This document shows positions 25,419 to 35,785 of a stretch of DNA of 39,128 nt, piece by piece. The notes beneath the pieces were generated by a model. That model worked only from the letters and a program-made list of their open reading frames with translations. It was not told where the DNA came from and did no database searches. Within the stretch, counting starts at the first letter, position 1, and the number at the start of each line of letters is the position of its first letter. The DNA is taken from the NCBI GenBank assembly GCA_002633005.1, contig NMRA01001142.1:10639-49766 (forward strand), in the 5' to 3' direction. The stretch comes from Phoronis australis (Eukaryota; Animalia; Phoronida). The translations under genes and the position numbers were made by a program.

Positions 25419-25921
25419 TGTTGTGAATGTGCTTCCGGTGTATGAGCCTCTGTTAGCCACTCGCTAACGGGCAATTGCCTATTAATTAGCTGAATGGTTA
25501 GCACGCTTGGCGGTTAAATTGGGGTCGCTGGCTCGATTCCCGAGGTCGGGCAATCTCGGCTATTACCACAATTGACGTAGTCGGCAGGAGGACCTTAAAG
25601 CGAGACAATCTTGGGGTTCATCTGTCGGTCGGATATTCTGGGAGGTAAAAATCCAAGAGTAATATCTTGTGATGTAGTCCAGGAGTAAAATCCTGTGATG
25701 ACCACAGGAGTAGAATTCTGTGTTCACCTGCAAGGTGGCGCGCTTGTTCATAGGAAAGGGGGAAATGTTGTGAAATGTGCTTCCGGTGAATCATATATTA
25801 GCCTCTGATAGCCACTCGCTAACGGGCAATTGCCTGTTAGCTGAATGGTTAGCACGCTCGCCGGTTGAATCGGGGCCACTGGTTCGATTCCCGAGGTCGG
25901 GCAATCTCGGCTATTACAAAA
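25419..25921 (+). mobile_element. TRIM (miniature non-autonomous LTR retrotransposon) with tRNA-derived sequence in both LTRs (Helenus/Cassandra-like design)
   Basis: LTR1 25419-25570 (TGT..ACA) and LTR2 25766-25921. PBS TGACGTAGTCGGCAGGA at 25573 is complementary to a tRNA-Ser 3' end. PPT AGGAAAGGGGGAAA at 25752-25765. 4-bp TSD GTAA. 195-bp non-coding interior. Confidence 0.9.
25832..25903 (+). promoter_or_regulatory. tRNA-like Pol III internal promoter inside LTR2 (more diverged copy at ~25477-25552 in LTR1)
   Basis: A box TAGCTGAATGG and B box GGTTCGATTCC at tRNA spacing. D-arm GCT..AGC. Partial acceptor stem GCCTG../..CGGGC. Anticodon arm is non-canonical, so this is not called a functional tRNA. 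Confidence 0.75.
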
Positions 25922-25970
25922 GTAATGTCATTAGTAACAGTATTCTCCCTGACCGCTGTTAACGTGTCGC

Positions 25971-26068
25971 AGCGTCCTGTTTTGCTGAACGTGCGTCCTG
26001 TTTAAATGTCCCGCGTCCTGTTTAAAAGTTTCGCGACCGGTTTAAAAATTTCATGACCGGTTTAAAAA
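25971..26068. repeat. ~20-bp imperfect tandem repeat (GCGTCCTGTTTAAA / GACCGGTTTAAAAA), ~5 copies
   Basis: Directly visible. Probably the subterminal array of a small DNA element beginning CAGTATTCTCCC near 25938. Confidence 0.7.
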
Positions 26069-28390
26069 ATAGGGACCAGTTCGTAAAAAAAGGTGTCATC
26101 ATCGTTAATAAGGTCTTCAATGGTTCAAATTACGCTTGACAGCAACAGGCCATAGCCCTTTGAAACTGAATAAAGGCTCCGTGGTGAGTTGCCGAAAGCC
26201 TAACCACCGATCTCACTCAAGCGGCAGACCGGGCCCCTAGGCTATTTATGGTGCAACGCGGCTTGTAAATAATCTCAATCATCTTTTCAATTCATCTCAG
26301 ACAACTAGTCATAGTCCTTTGAATTTTAACAAAGGCCCAGTGCCATCTATAAGCCTAAGCCACTAGGCTTACCTGCTCAATGGAGGTGCAGTCCGGCACG
26401 ACAGTCGCTGATCGTTACGTTAGTCCTAATCGCTTTTGTAGTCACCTTTTGTGTTCGGCAGACAACTGATCACATAACCCATTGAAAATTATTTAGACTC
26501 AATGGTTAGTTCTGCGAAGTCTAACTAGCCAGCAGAAACACCTTTGCGCAGGAGTTTTTACAATGGCTGTCTTTTGGGTGGCCAAAATTTTATTTTCGTA
26601 GCGCGTTTTTCAATATTCCGTGGGCCCCACGACATTACCGGCACCAGTCTCAACAAAACTTTGCATGCAGACGCTTTTGATAACTGTCATTGGTTGTTGT
26701 TTGGGTATTTATCACTTAGATGAACATTATTGGTTACTTTTGGTGCCACCAGCCCATCGAGAGCACGGAATTCATCTCATTGCCTTATAAGGAGTTTTGT
26801 TGGCAGCATGCGCATTATATTTGTGAGCGTACTCCTTCTGAAAATCTGCCTAACAGTTCGCAACAACTTCGGTTGCGGGCGTGCGTGACGTTTGTGGTTT
26901 TGGGGGAGTAATCGGACATTTGGGACAGCTAGTGATGTCGCTGGGTAAAGTTCAAAATATATGTCTCGCTCTGAGAAATTGTAGCCAAAATCACGTGCTC
27001 TCATTGAAAATATATGGTGATATCTCGTGTAATCTCGCAAAGTCTTGTTTTCCTTGCTTGGTCCTTACGTTGTTGAACTCTATCCTGGCTTCCGTTACCG
27101 ATTGACATGTGCATTCTACACACTTAGTAATGTCGTCTGCCATGTGAAGGCGTAGAAGGACTGCTAAGGATTATTTTGAAAACCGAGAGATATTTCAGAT
27201 ACTGACGTTGACTCAGATGCAGATACGCCAGATAATCCAGGTCTGGATGATGGTGATAATGCCGGGCTCAGTCAACGAATAGCAAATGTCCGTGTTATGA
27301 ACGGTGGACCGAATTTTTGCCGCCAACATCCGACATCGGCATTCTTAGTCTTACAATTCTCTTCAACTTGCGTTTAGAATATATGGTTCTCAGCTGGAAG
27401 ATTGAGTTTGTGACAATCCGGAAAATTATGTAAATTCCATAGTTGTAAGCTTTTGACAATCCAGTCGACATCTTTTTATAAATATTGGTTTTTGTCAATA
27501 GGCCTAACACTCTCGTCCATGTATATGGAAAACGCACGTGGATCGTTTTGTTTACTCTACCTAATTTGTATTCAGTGGAGGGATATTGTGCTATTTTTAC
27601 AAGAATTGACCCTCAGAATGCTGTGCACAACATTGGACTGAGAGAAAACCTAGGACCAATATCAAAAGGACTGGCAACTGCTTCAAACAACAAAGAAAAC
27701 CCCAAGTCTCGCTATATTATGATCGCCACGCGAGAATTCGCGGTAGCATTGGTTTGCCTTGTTTGCCATCGCCATATTTGTTCTCGGTTGGTCTTAGAAG
27801 TCTCTGGTGTAATTCGACAAGTAATCTTATACTTTCCACGGGATATTACTCTAATAGAAGGTAAGACATTTCCTATAGATCTGGTTGAACGATTGATGTG
27901 GTAAATTCATAGTATAAAACTCGAGGTCATCTGTACTTTGGTCGTAAGTTTCGACTTCGTTCCCCCGCTTTTGGTCGCTTGCACTCGCTTGGATGTGGAA
28001 AGCAATTTATCGAATTTGTGAAAATCTACCAATTTGTTACTGAAATTGTAAGCAAATGCAACCACAACGAACATTGAAATAACCAATATCGTGAACAGTT
28101 GACGAAGTCCATTTTTTTATTGTTTTGGTTTTTCCCTACAAACGAAGATCAAAAATGCGCGTAATATTGGAATTGATTGTAAATGCCTTAACTGCGTCTG
28201 TATCAACACGGAAATCGTGAATTTCGTAACATTATTCAGAAATTCGTTTGCGTTGTTGAGTGTCATATTTATGCAATTTCAGTTAAAGCGATATTATTAT
28301 TTTGGTGTGACGGAGCCGTTTTATCACAAAAAAAACTTAATTAGTTGATAAAAACTTCAAAAAAGATTAAGGAAATAATGTGATTGAAAT

Positions 28391-28618
28391 CCAAGATGGC
28401 CGCCTCCATCTGCCGCTGGTCACAGACCACCACTGTTACTCTATTGTCGTCTTTATTGTAATTCGAATGTAGGTCAGCTGCTAGCTGCTGCAAACCAAAC
28501 TGTTTATTATTGTTCTGAATTTCAATGTTTGTTTCAGAATCAAAATACTTTAGCTCTCAAGAAGTGGGGAAAATTGGGGAAACTAAGGTTCTGTTTGACT
28601 TGGGCTTAATAAGGTAAG
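28391..28618 (+). promoter_or_regulatory. Putative transposase promoter and non-coding first exon
   Basis: YY1-like CAAGATGGCCGCC at ~28392. Strong donor AG|GTAAGT at ~28613. Acceptor tgtgtttcag| four bases before ATG 29605. Confidence 0.4.
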
Positions 28619-29604
28619 TTTTTCTTGGCTTTATTGTTGCAGCTTTATTCAATCACCTCCGTTCTGAGCAGTTTGATTTTACTGTCAGTTGTGAATGTCC
28701 TTAAAGTTACTGCCTATGTTCATTAATAAGGATCTAATTTCTTCTATAACTTCAATTATTAATAATCAGGACTCAACATAATGACCAGCTGGTCGCATTT
28801 GCGATCTGAAATTAGGAAATGCAAGCTGAGATTTTGCCATGTCGTGTCAAGTTGTAAAATGCAACCTAGAATTTCCAACATACACTTCTTGGCAGGTATA
28901 AAGTAACTTGCATGAATCCGACCATTATTTGGTTGTTGCCAAATCAAATTCAAAAGAACACTAATCAAGAAAAGCCCACCTGATGACTTATAAGCATGTC
29001 GCGTGAACATGGAATACTGCAGAATTGATCTTCAACGCATTTCATTTTTGGCTACTTTTGCAAATTTCTAACTGTGCCGAAGAGAGTTTCGGACCACAGC
29101 ATAATGTGTGATAAAAGGACATAAGACAGGTGTTTCTACTAAGTCCTAGACAATCAACTTGACAAACTTTGTGATGGAAAATAAATTTATTTTTCAAGTA
29201 AGATGTCCTTATTATCAAATATCCACGACAAAATCCTTGATGTTGCTCTGCGCACTGGTCGGTGCCGTTGTTAGCGCACAAGCCACACTCCCGGCAGACC
29301 ACCGTGGCTTGGAATTGTGCATCTCGTTCTTTATCGTAAAAGATCTAAATAGATTCCCGGCAGTTATGAAAGATCCTAGGCCTTGTTGATATTACTCGGG
29401 ACTGATTTTTATAGCATCGAGCCCTGATAATAGACCCACAAAATGTATATTTTTCAAATCCCTGAGGATCCTCTAGGATTTCAAAATGTATAGTTTTATG
29501 GGTCTACTTTTAAGTATTGAAAAGTTATGTAAAAGTGACTGTTTGACATAAAGATCAATATTTTGAAGAGACTTCACATATTGCAACATTCTGTGTTTCA
29601 GAAG

Positions 29605-32346
29605 ATGCCAAAACCGCCAAAACGCAAAAAGTTTGGCATCGCAGTAAGGAGAAAAAAAGGAAGAGTGGTCACGAGACATGCTGAACATCCGTATTCATGT
29701 GTGAGTCTGCCACCGGAACACTTGCCACATCCTTCAGTTGGTTCATCGTTTTGGGAAATTCCCAATTTCAATGATGTTGGCAGTGGGTACGTCCATGAAG
29801 AAAAGATGGACCTTGATGGTCATCATGCGGACGAGTTTTATGTAATCTTGGACAGTGGCCCCGTTCTCGTAAGTCCAGACACAGACACTGACGTTTTGTA
29901 CAAGGACTCCGCATATGAAAAACTGAGAGAGTGTGTGAAAAACCTTGAGCCACCAGAGGGCTATTTTTACTACTCGAAGTATAGCTGTATTCAGTATGTC
30001 AGTCTGATTGAAAGTATCAACCCCTCTGTGAATGTCTCAGTGACTATACATAGATATTTTTCTGCACATGTGAATGTTCACACAAAAATGTTGCCTGGTT
30101 CTAGTGATTTTTGGACTGGCTTACCCAAACTATATAAGTCTGTCAGTGATGTAAGTAGGTTACTCAATAGATTGTCTATGTTTGAGGTGTGTCGTGGGAA
30201 CGATAGGGAGGACTTCCAGTTCTTAGTTCCTGTTGGGTGTGGTATGTCAGGTAGTAAGGCACAGTCAATTCAGGCCTATCGGGAAATGTATAATTGTCAA
30301 TCAACAATTAGACATGTAGCTTGTGAACTTCTTGTCTGGCAAGGCCAAAGATGCTGTAGGTGTAGGCTGTATAGTGCCACTGTGCGCAAATCCCTCTCTA
30401 GGTGTACTACTGGAAGTCGTAATGCTCAGTCAGAGAGCTTAGTCTCAAGTCGAAAAAGGGAGAGCTATATGACACCAAAAGAACTTAAGCAAAAACTTGC
30501 CGAAAGCAAGAAAATACGCACTCAGTTACATCATGAAGCGGAGAGTTTGCGAAAGCAGATAGATGCTTTGATTCAAGTTCAGGGTTTAGTTTTACCTGAG
30601 ACTGACAGTTTTCAATTGTTTAGTATGGTTAGTGACCACCAGGGCGAGGTGGAGTCTGCCTTCCCGGAAAGCGATAGCTTTCAGCGGCTGTTTTGGGAGC
30701 AGCAAGTTATGTACAATAAGACCAATAAGGGTAAGGGGATGCGTTGGCACCCCATGATAGTACGCTGGTGTTTGTACTTGCGTTCCAAGTCTAGTAAGGC
30801 TTATGAAGCCATGAGGTCGAGTGGATTTATTTCTTTGCCGTGTGCGCACACCTTATATGATTACAGTCATTTTACTGTAAGTGGATGTGGAATACTACCC
30901 GACGTGCTTGGCCTTTTAAAGAGTGCGTGTAAGAAACAGGGTTGTTATGACGTGCCTCATAAGCGGTTTGTCGGAATTTTACAAGATGAGGTTAAGGTAC
31001 AGGATGACCTGGTTTACGACAAACATAGTGGGGAGTTAATAGGATATGTAGACCTTGATAGTGTAGGAAATCAACTGCAGGAGCTTAGGGACACACTAAG
31101 AAATCAGGCAGCTATTGTTGCTCGCTATGTTCTCATTGTTATGGTTAGGGGTGCCACTTCTGGCTTGAAGTTTCCTTTAGCTAATTATGCCACTGATGGG
31201 ATTTCTAGCTACTTTTTATACCCTATAATATGGAAGGCCATAGAGGTATTGGAAGTTGACCTTGACCTTCGGGTGATATTTATAACATGTGATGGGGCCT
31301 CTCCCAACAGGAAATTTTTTCATTTACATAGGGTTAGGGCTGATCATCATCTTGATAGAGTTATTTACAAATGTTTAAATCCCATGTCTCCTGATCATTA
31401 TTTTCTATATTTCATATCAGACCCACCTCACCTGCTGAAAACTTCTCGCAACTGTTTCAGCAATATTCAGGTGGCCATATCAGATCAAGAAACTTGTGGA
31501 ATGGGCAAGAAATAACATGGCGTCATATTGTTAGGCTCTTTGAAGAGCACTGTGAAAATAATCTGTATACGTTATGTCCCAAGTTAACCAGAACTCATGT
31601 GTATCTCACACCCTTTTCCAGAATGAAGGTGAATTTAGCTGCTCAGATTTTGAGTGCCACTGTTGCCAAGGCGTTAGAATTTTACTATGGTGCAGAAGTT
31701 AGTAAAACCGTGCGATTTATCTCTATAATGAATAAGTTATTTGACTGTCTGAACACGAAAAATTTAGATGAAGGTGTCAGGAGTCGCAACCCACAGGTTG
31801 ATGCATATAGATGTGTGAATGATGACAGGTTAAAGGAGCATGCCACCCAAAAAACAACCTAATTTGTATCAATTTAGATCGAGTAGTTCTCCTCGATAGC
31901 GGCACGTACGGTTGCGTTACCTGACACCNAGCCTTTAAGGTGGCTATTGAATGATTGTCTTGTTACTTTCGACAGTGGCGTGAAACAGTTAATACTGTTC
32001 CTGGTCTAAGCAAGGCTAAAAAAGCAAAAATGCTTCTGAGTAATCAAACTCTGGAGGGTATAGAGTTAAGTGTTCGATCAATTTGTGAATTGACTGTGTT
32101 TTTGTTGAACAGTGGTGCCCCATTTGTATTAACCTCTGCTTTTAATCAGGACCCCTTGGAGCAACACTTTGGCATTATCGCCACAAAGGTGGGGCAAACG
32201 ACAACCCAACTGTTCGTCAAGTGCAGCAAATCATGACTGAACTTAGAACAGTAGGAGAGTTGGCTTTAAATAGGCGAGGTAATGTTCAAGTAGGTCCTGA
32301 TTCTTGTCCAGCCATTGACGACACCCCTCTACCTAGAAGGCATTAG
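29605..32346 (+). pseudogene. P-element/THAP9-like DDE transposase lacking a THAP domain, disrupted
   Basis: Motifs RWHPMIVRWCLYL, QDEVKV, TCDGASPN, SDPPHLLKTSRN, PKLT..H..FSRMKVNLAAQ, LFDCLN, NQDPLEQHFG and GGANDNPT. Frameshifts near 31465, 31955 and 32172, plus an insertion at 31834-31934. Stop TAG at 32344-32346. Confidence 0.93.
31834..31934 (-). mobile_element. Kolobok insertion (same family as 5576-7223), collapsed across an assembly gap
   Basis: 31834-31928 is a near-identical reverse complement of ~7129-7223. AGG..CCT ends with TTAA at 31830-31833 and 31935-31938. N at 31929. Excision restores D-R-L-R-W-L-L. Confidence 0.88.
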
Positions 32347-32785
32347 TCTATGAGACTTGGTAGTGCTATTTTACACAAACCATGAATGTGTAGGGTGATT
32401 TCACTGTTGTTTTTGGAAATGTTTTTGTACTGAATTTTCTTTTTGAAAACTTCTGTGGGAATATTGCATTTTTGTATTCTATTGTCTTGTATTCCTTAGT
32501 AAAGTTTGCAAGATTTCGGAAATTGGTGATTGCTTTTCTATGTGGGTTATTCAGTGATCTTTCTTTTTTAATTGAGATGAAGTCTGTAATTGTGCCTAGA
32601 ATAGCAACAATTTTTGAAAGAAAAAGTATTGATAAATGGCTACATGTTATTTGGAAATTGTGGTATATCAGCCCCTTGATTCATTACACTTAAATATAAC
32701 ATGATAATTTAGTTGCGAACTTTGTCTGCAGCCTCTGTATATGTACTCAAGCATTTGGTTGTTGTTGTTTTAGTAGGTAATAAAG

Positions 32786-33581
32786 TATTGTTCTCTGTAG
32801 TATTAACTTTGAATTTTAGAGTGAAAATGAAAGCGAAGAAATGAATAGCTACATGGGTTTTTCTCGAAGATTCTTGACGAAGCCTGAACATCCCCTCATA
32901 AAAATGGAAGCAAAATGTGACTTGATTGCACATTTGTTTGTCTCAAGTAAAATTACCAAGTTTCAAATAGGTCTGGCTAGAGGCAAGTCCCTTCGAGAAT
33001 TAGACCCCAGCGTGTCGCATTGTTTTTATCTCGCGAAAATATTTTTCTGACGTTCTCAACNATGTTTTCTTATATATATTATTAAGTGACGTCATTTGCG
33101 ATAAACCCAAGCGCCTGTGATTCACTACTATGAAAACATGCGTTTCTATTATTAGCCATCGGGAAATTCGAGCGCCTGTGGTTGACTGGTGTTATGGGCA
33201 TGCCGATGGGGAGATCGGAGGGATTGGAAAAAGTCACCGCTTTTTGCAAGTTGTGTTTAGTTTAGTTGTTGATTATGTGTGGATTGTTTATAAAACCTAG
33301 GACCAATATTGTTCTCTGTAGTATTAACTTTGAATTTTAGAGTGAAAATGAAAGCGAAGAAAAGAATAGCTACATGGGTTTTTCTCGAAGATTCTTGACG
33401 AAGCCTGAATATCCACTCCTAAAAATGGAAGCAAAATGTGAATTGATTGCACATTTGTTTGTCTCAAGTAAAATTACCAAGTTTCAAATAGGTCTGGCTA
33501 GAGGCAAGTCCCTTCGAGAATTAGACCCCAGCGTGTCGCATTGTTTTTATGTTGCGAAAATATTTTTCTGACGTTCTCAAC
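32786..33581. repeat. 275-bp near-identical direct repeat (32786-33060 and 33307-33581) spanning an N
   Basis: The copies differ by only a handful of substitutions. The first copy ends exactly at N33061. Confidence 0.9.
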
Positions 33582-33698
33582 ATGAAAAGAATATTCAGTT
33601 ACACAATGTATTGCAGTCACAAGCCTATACAGTATTTACACAAATGTAGTCAACAAAATCTGGCATCAGAAAAAGGAAATGAAAATGTTCGGTCACAA

Positions 33699-35221
33699 TT
33701 AGGAATTCACTTCCTTCAGAGATTTACGGAAAGAATTACCACCTTGTGATGACACTCCCCTCTTGTTCTTCTTTCCCAACAGTTTGGTAACAGCGAATCC
33801 TCTAACATTAAAAAAAATCTTGATTAACACTTCGTTCAGAATCACAGCCTTACTGAGCTTCTGCCACAGATTTTTCACAGCTGCATCGCACAATATAGTT
33901 TCTGTAAGACAGTTTATGTTCATTGACGTTTTCTTGAGATTAGAAGTGTCGACCATGGATCGCGCCACAACCTCATAACATTGAATCAAATGAAAACAAT
34001 CGAGTGACGGAGTCTTTAATCCTCCTCTGCTAACTTGCCTGATCCGTTCAGTGTGTGGATACTCTTTCTCAATGTCTTTGCATGTGAGGTACTTACAAAG
34101 TGACATCATGTCCTCCCTCATGTGTTTTGGTGCCTTTTGTGGTGATACTCTTAACATGTAACCAGCAATGTGACACAGGACAAGATTGTCATCTTCAGTC
34201 AATGCATCAGTGTGTGTCTTGTTCTTTTCTTGCGTGTTTTTCTTCAAAAGCGCAATGACGTCCTCCAATAACTGGAACAGGAACACTTGGGTAAATTGTT
34301 TGTTCATACTTCGAGTTTACACCAATATCAGTGAGAAAACCAGGATCATGCCTCAGATCATGAAACCCCAGCATTAACTGCTCAAAATCTCCTTCAACTG
34401 TTACCCCACATAACGCTGAGGACAGCAAGGCAGCAAATTTCGAAATTAAATTCTGAAACTTCGCATTGATGTCTTGACCTTCGAGCTGAACTTGTTTGGC
34501 GATGAGGACAATCTCTTTCCCATGAACCGAAGCTGGACTATTTCTAAAGGGACAGTCCACAATCTTGCATAATGATATTTGTATAGCATGCACAACTGTC
34601 TCCGTAAAATTTTCACGAGGAATGGCTGGTTCAACATTTTCTTTCCCAGGTGAATGTCTTCGGTTGTTGTGTGCTGCAAATGTAAAATGAATACATTAAT
34701 GGGGCAAAGTACACCACATGACTGAGCCTGAGAATGTACATTGACACTTAAATTGACATGGATCATGAAAAGTCAAAGAGGTACTAACTTAAAAGCTACG
34801 TGTGTTACACTCAGTGGCCCCAAGGCATCACTGTCGTAAGATATGATTATTTTCCCTACTTATTTTCCCAACTATAATCCTAACACTCCAAAGTCGACAT
34901 TTTCACAATCAATATTCATTTACCTTTCAAATCCGGTCGCTGATGCTTCTTAATACCGTGTCCGCGAAACCCACTGATGGAAGAATAGCTTTTGTCACAC
35001 AGAGGACAATCAAATTTGTTGCCATCGGCACTAGCACCAACGAAGGTAGTGGATGTTGCAGTTTCATCAGCAGGCAAAGTGCTAGGTTCTTTTCTCTTTT
35101 TCGAGATTTCGTACCCTGAGAAATCGGGCTCATCATTGCTTTCCTCCTCCGCAGTATAATCGCCCAACAGTGCGTCTAAATCTACGTCACTCCAGTTCAC
35201 GAAGTCGTCGTGTTTGTTCAT
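33699..35221 (-). pseudogene. Transposon accessory gene: acidic N-terminus, C2H2 zinc finger and [YH]IAGY..SRGGL..PS domain; two exons, one frameshift
   Basis: Exon 1 35221-34924 (FDCPLCDKSYSSISGFRGHGIKKH). GT-AG phase-1 intron 34923-34674. Exon 2 joins ORF 34207..34593, then frameshifts near 34310 into ORF 33699..34307 (LCHIAGYMLR..VSRGGLKTPS..FFNVRGFA). Confidence 0.8.
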
Positions 35222-35785
35222 AATTCACTTCTTAACTCACAACAGATGTAATGTGCTTTTAAAATGCAGTAAAGTAAAAGAAACCAGTAAAAATCAGCAA
35301 AGTGAAAGAAAAGACTTCTGAATACAACGTATATTCCAATTGGCTTATAAATGAAAAACGCCGACGTAGAAGAAACCACCGGTGCTGCGCCAAATAATTG
35401 CAGGAATTACACGACAAAACAAGACTACGCTGCGGCGAAACTCGGAAAAATACGTCCCCTATAATTCTAAACGTATACATCAGATATTTTACGGATGAAA
35501 GAACCAATTTCCCGTATGATTAACATTTTGAGACCCCAAGTCGCAGTAAAACTAGATTTTATGCCCACGAAAGTAAAAAACGCTCATCACTGACCCATTT
35601 TAAGGCTATTTTTAACAGATAAAAAAACAACAACGAAGTACAATTTCAAGTCAGTTGTATTCTACGTGCTCTAATTAGTACAATCAATGCATTTACAATT
35701 AATGACAGAACTTTAACATCGTCAAATTTTCAATAACAACACCTACAAGAATCACAAGGATTCTAATGCTGTGAAAGGGCGTGTA

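Noticed and set aside
25477-25903. Two genuine tRNA genes or a CRISPR-like repeat pair
   Set aside because: The anticodon and T arms are defective, and both copies sit inside LTRs with PBS, PPT and TSD. The context is eukaryotic and there is no spacer array.
27290-27550. Minus-strand FSIYMDES.. frame as a hAT/DDE fragment or third P-element gene
   Set aside because: A single weak motif with in-frame stops; cannot be supported without a search.
29042-29389. Cys-rich or signal-peptide-like short ORFs upstream of the transposase as a missing THAP exon
   Set aside because: No C2CH THAP spacing or conserved P/W/HF residues in the frames read.
32841-33571. Duplicated 65-69-aa ORFs
   Set aside because: By-products of the 275-bp repeat, with no domain similarity recognised.
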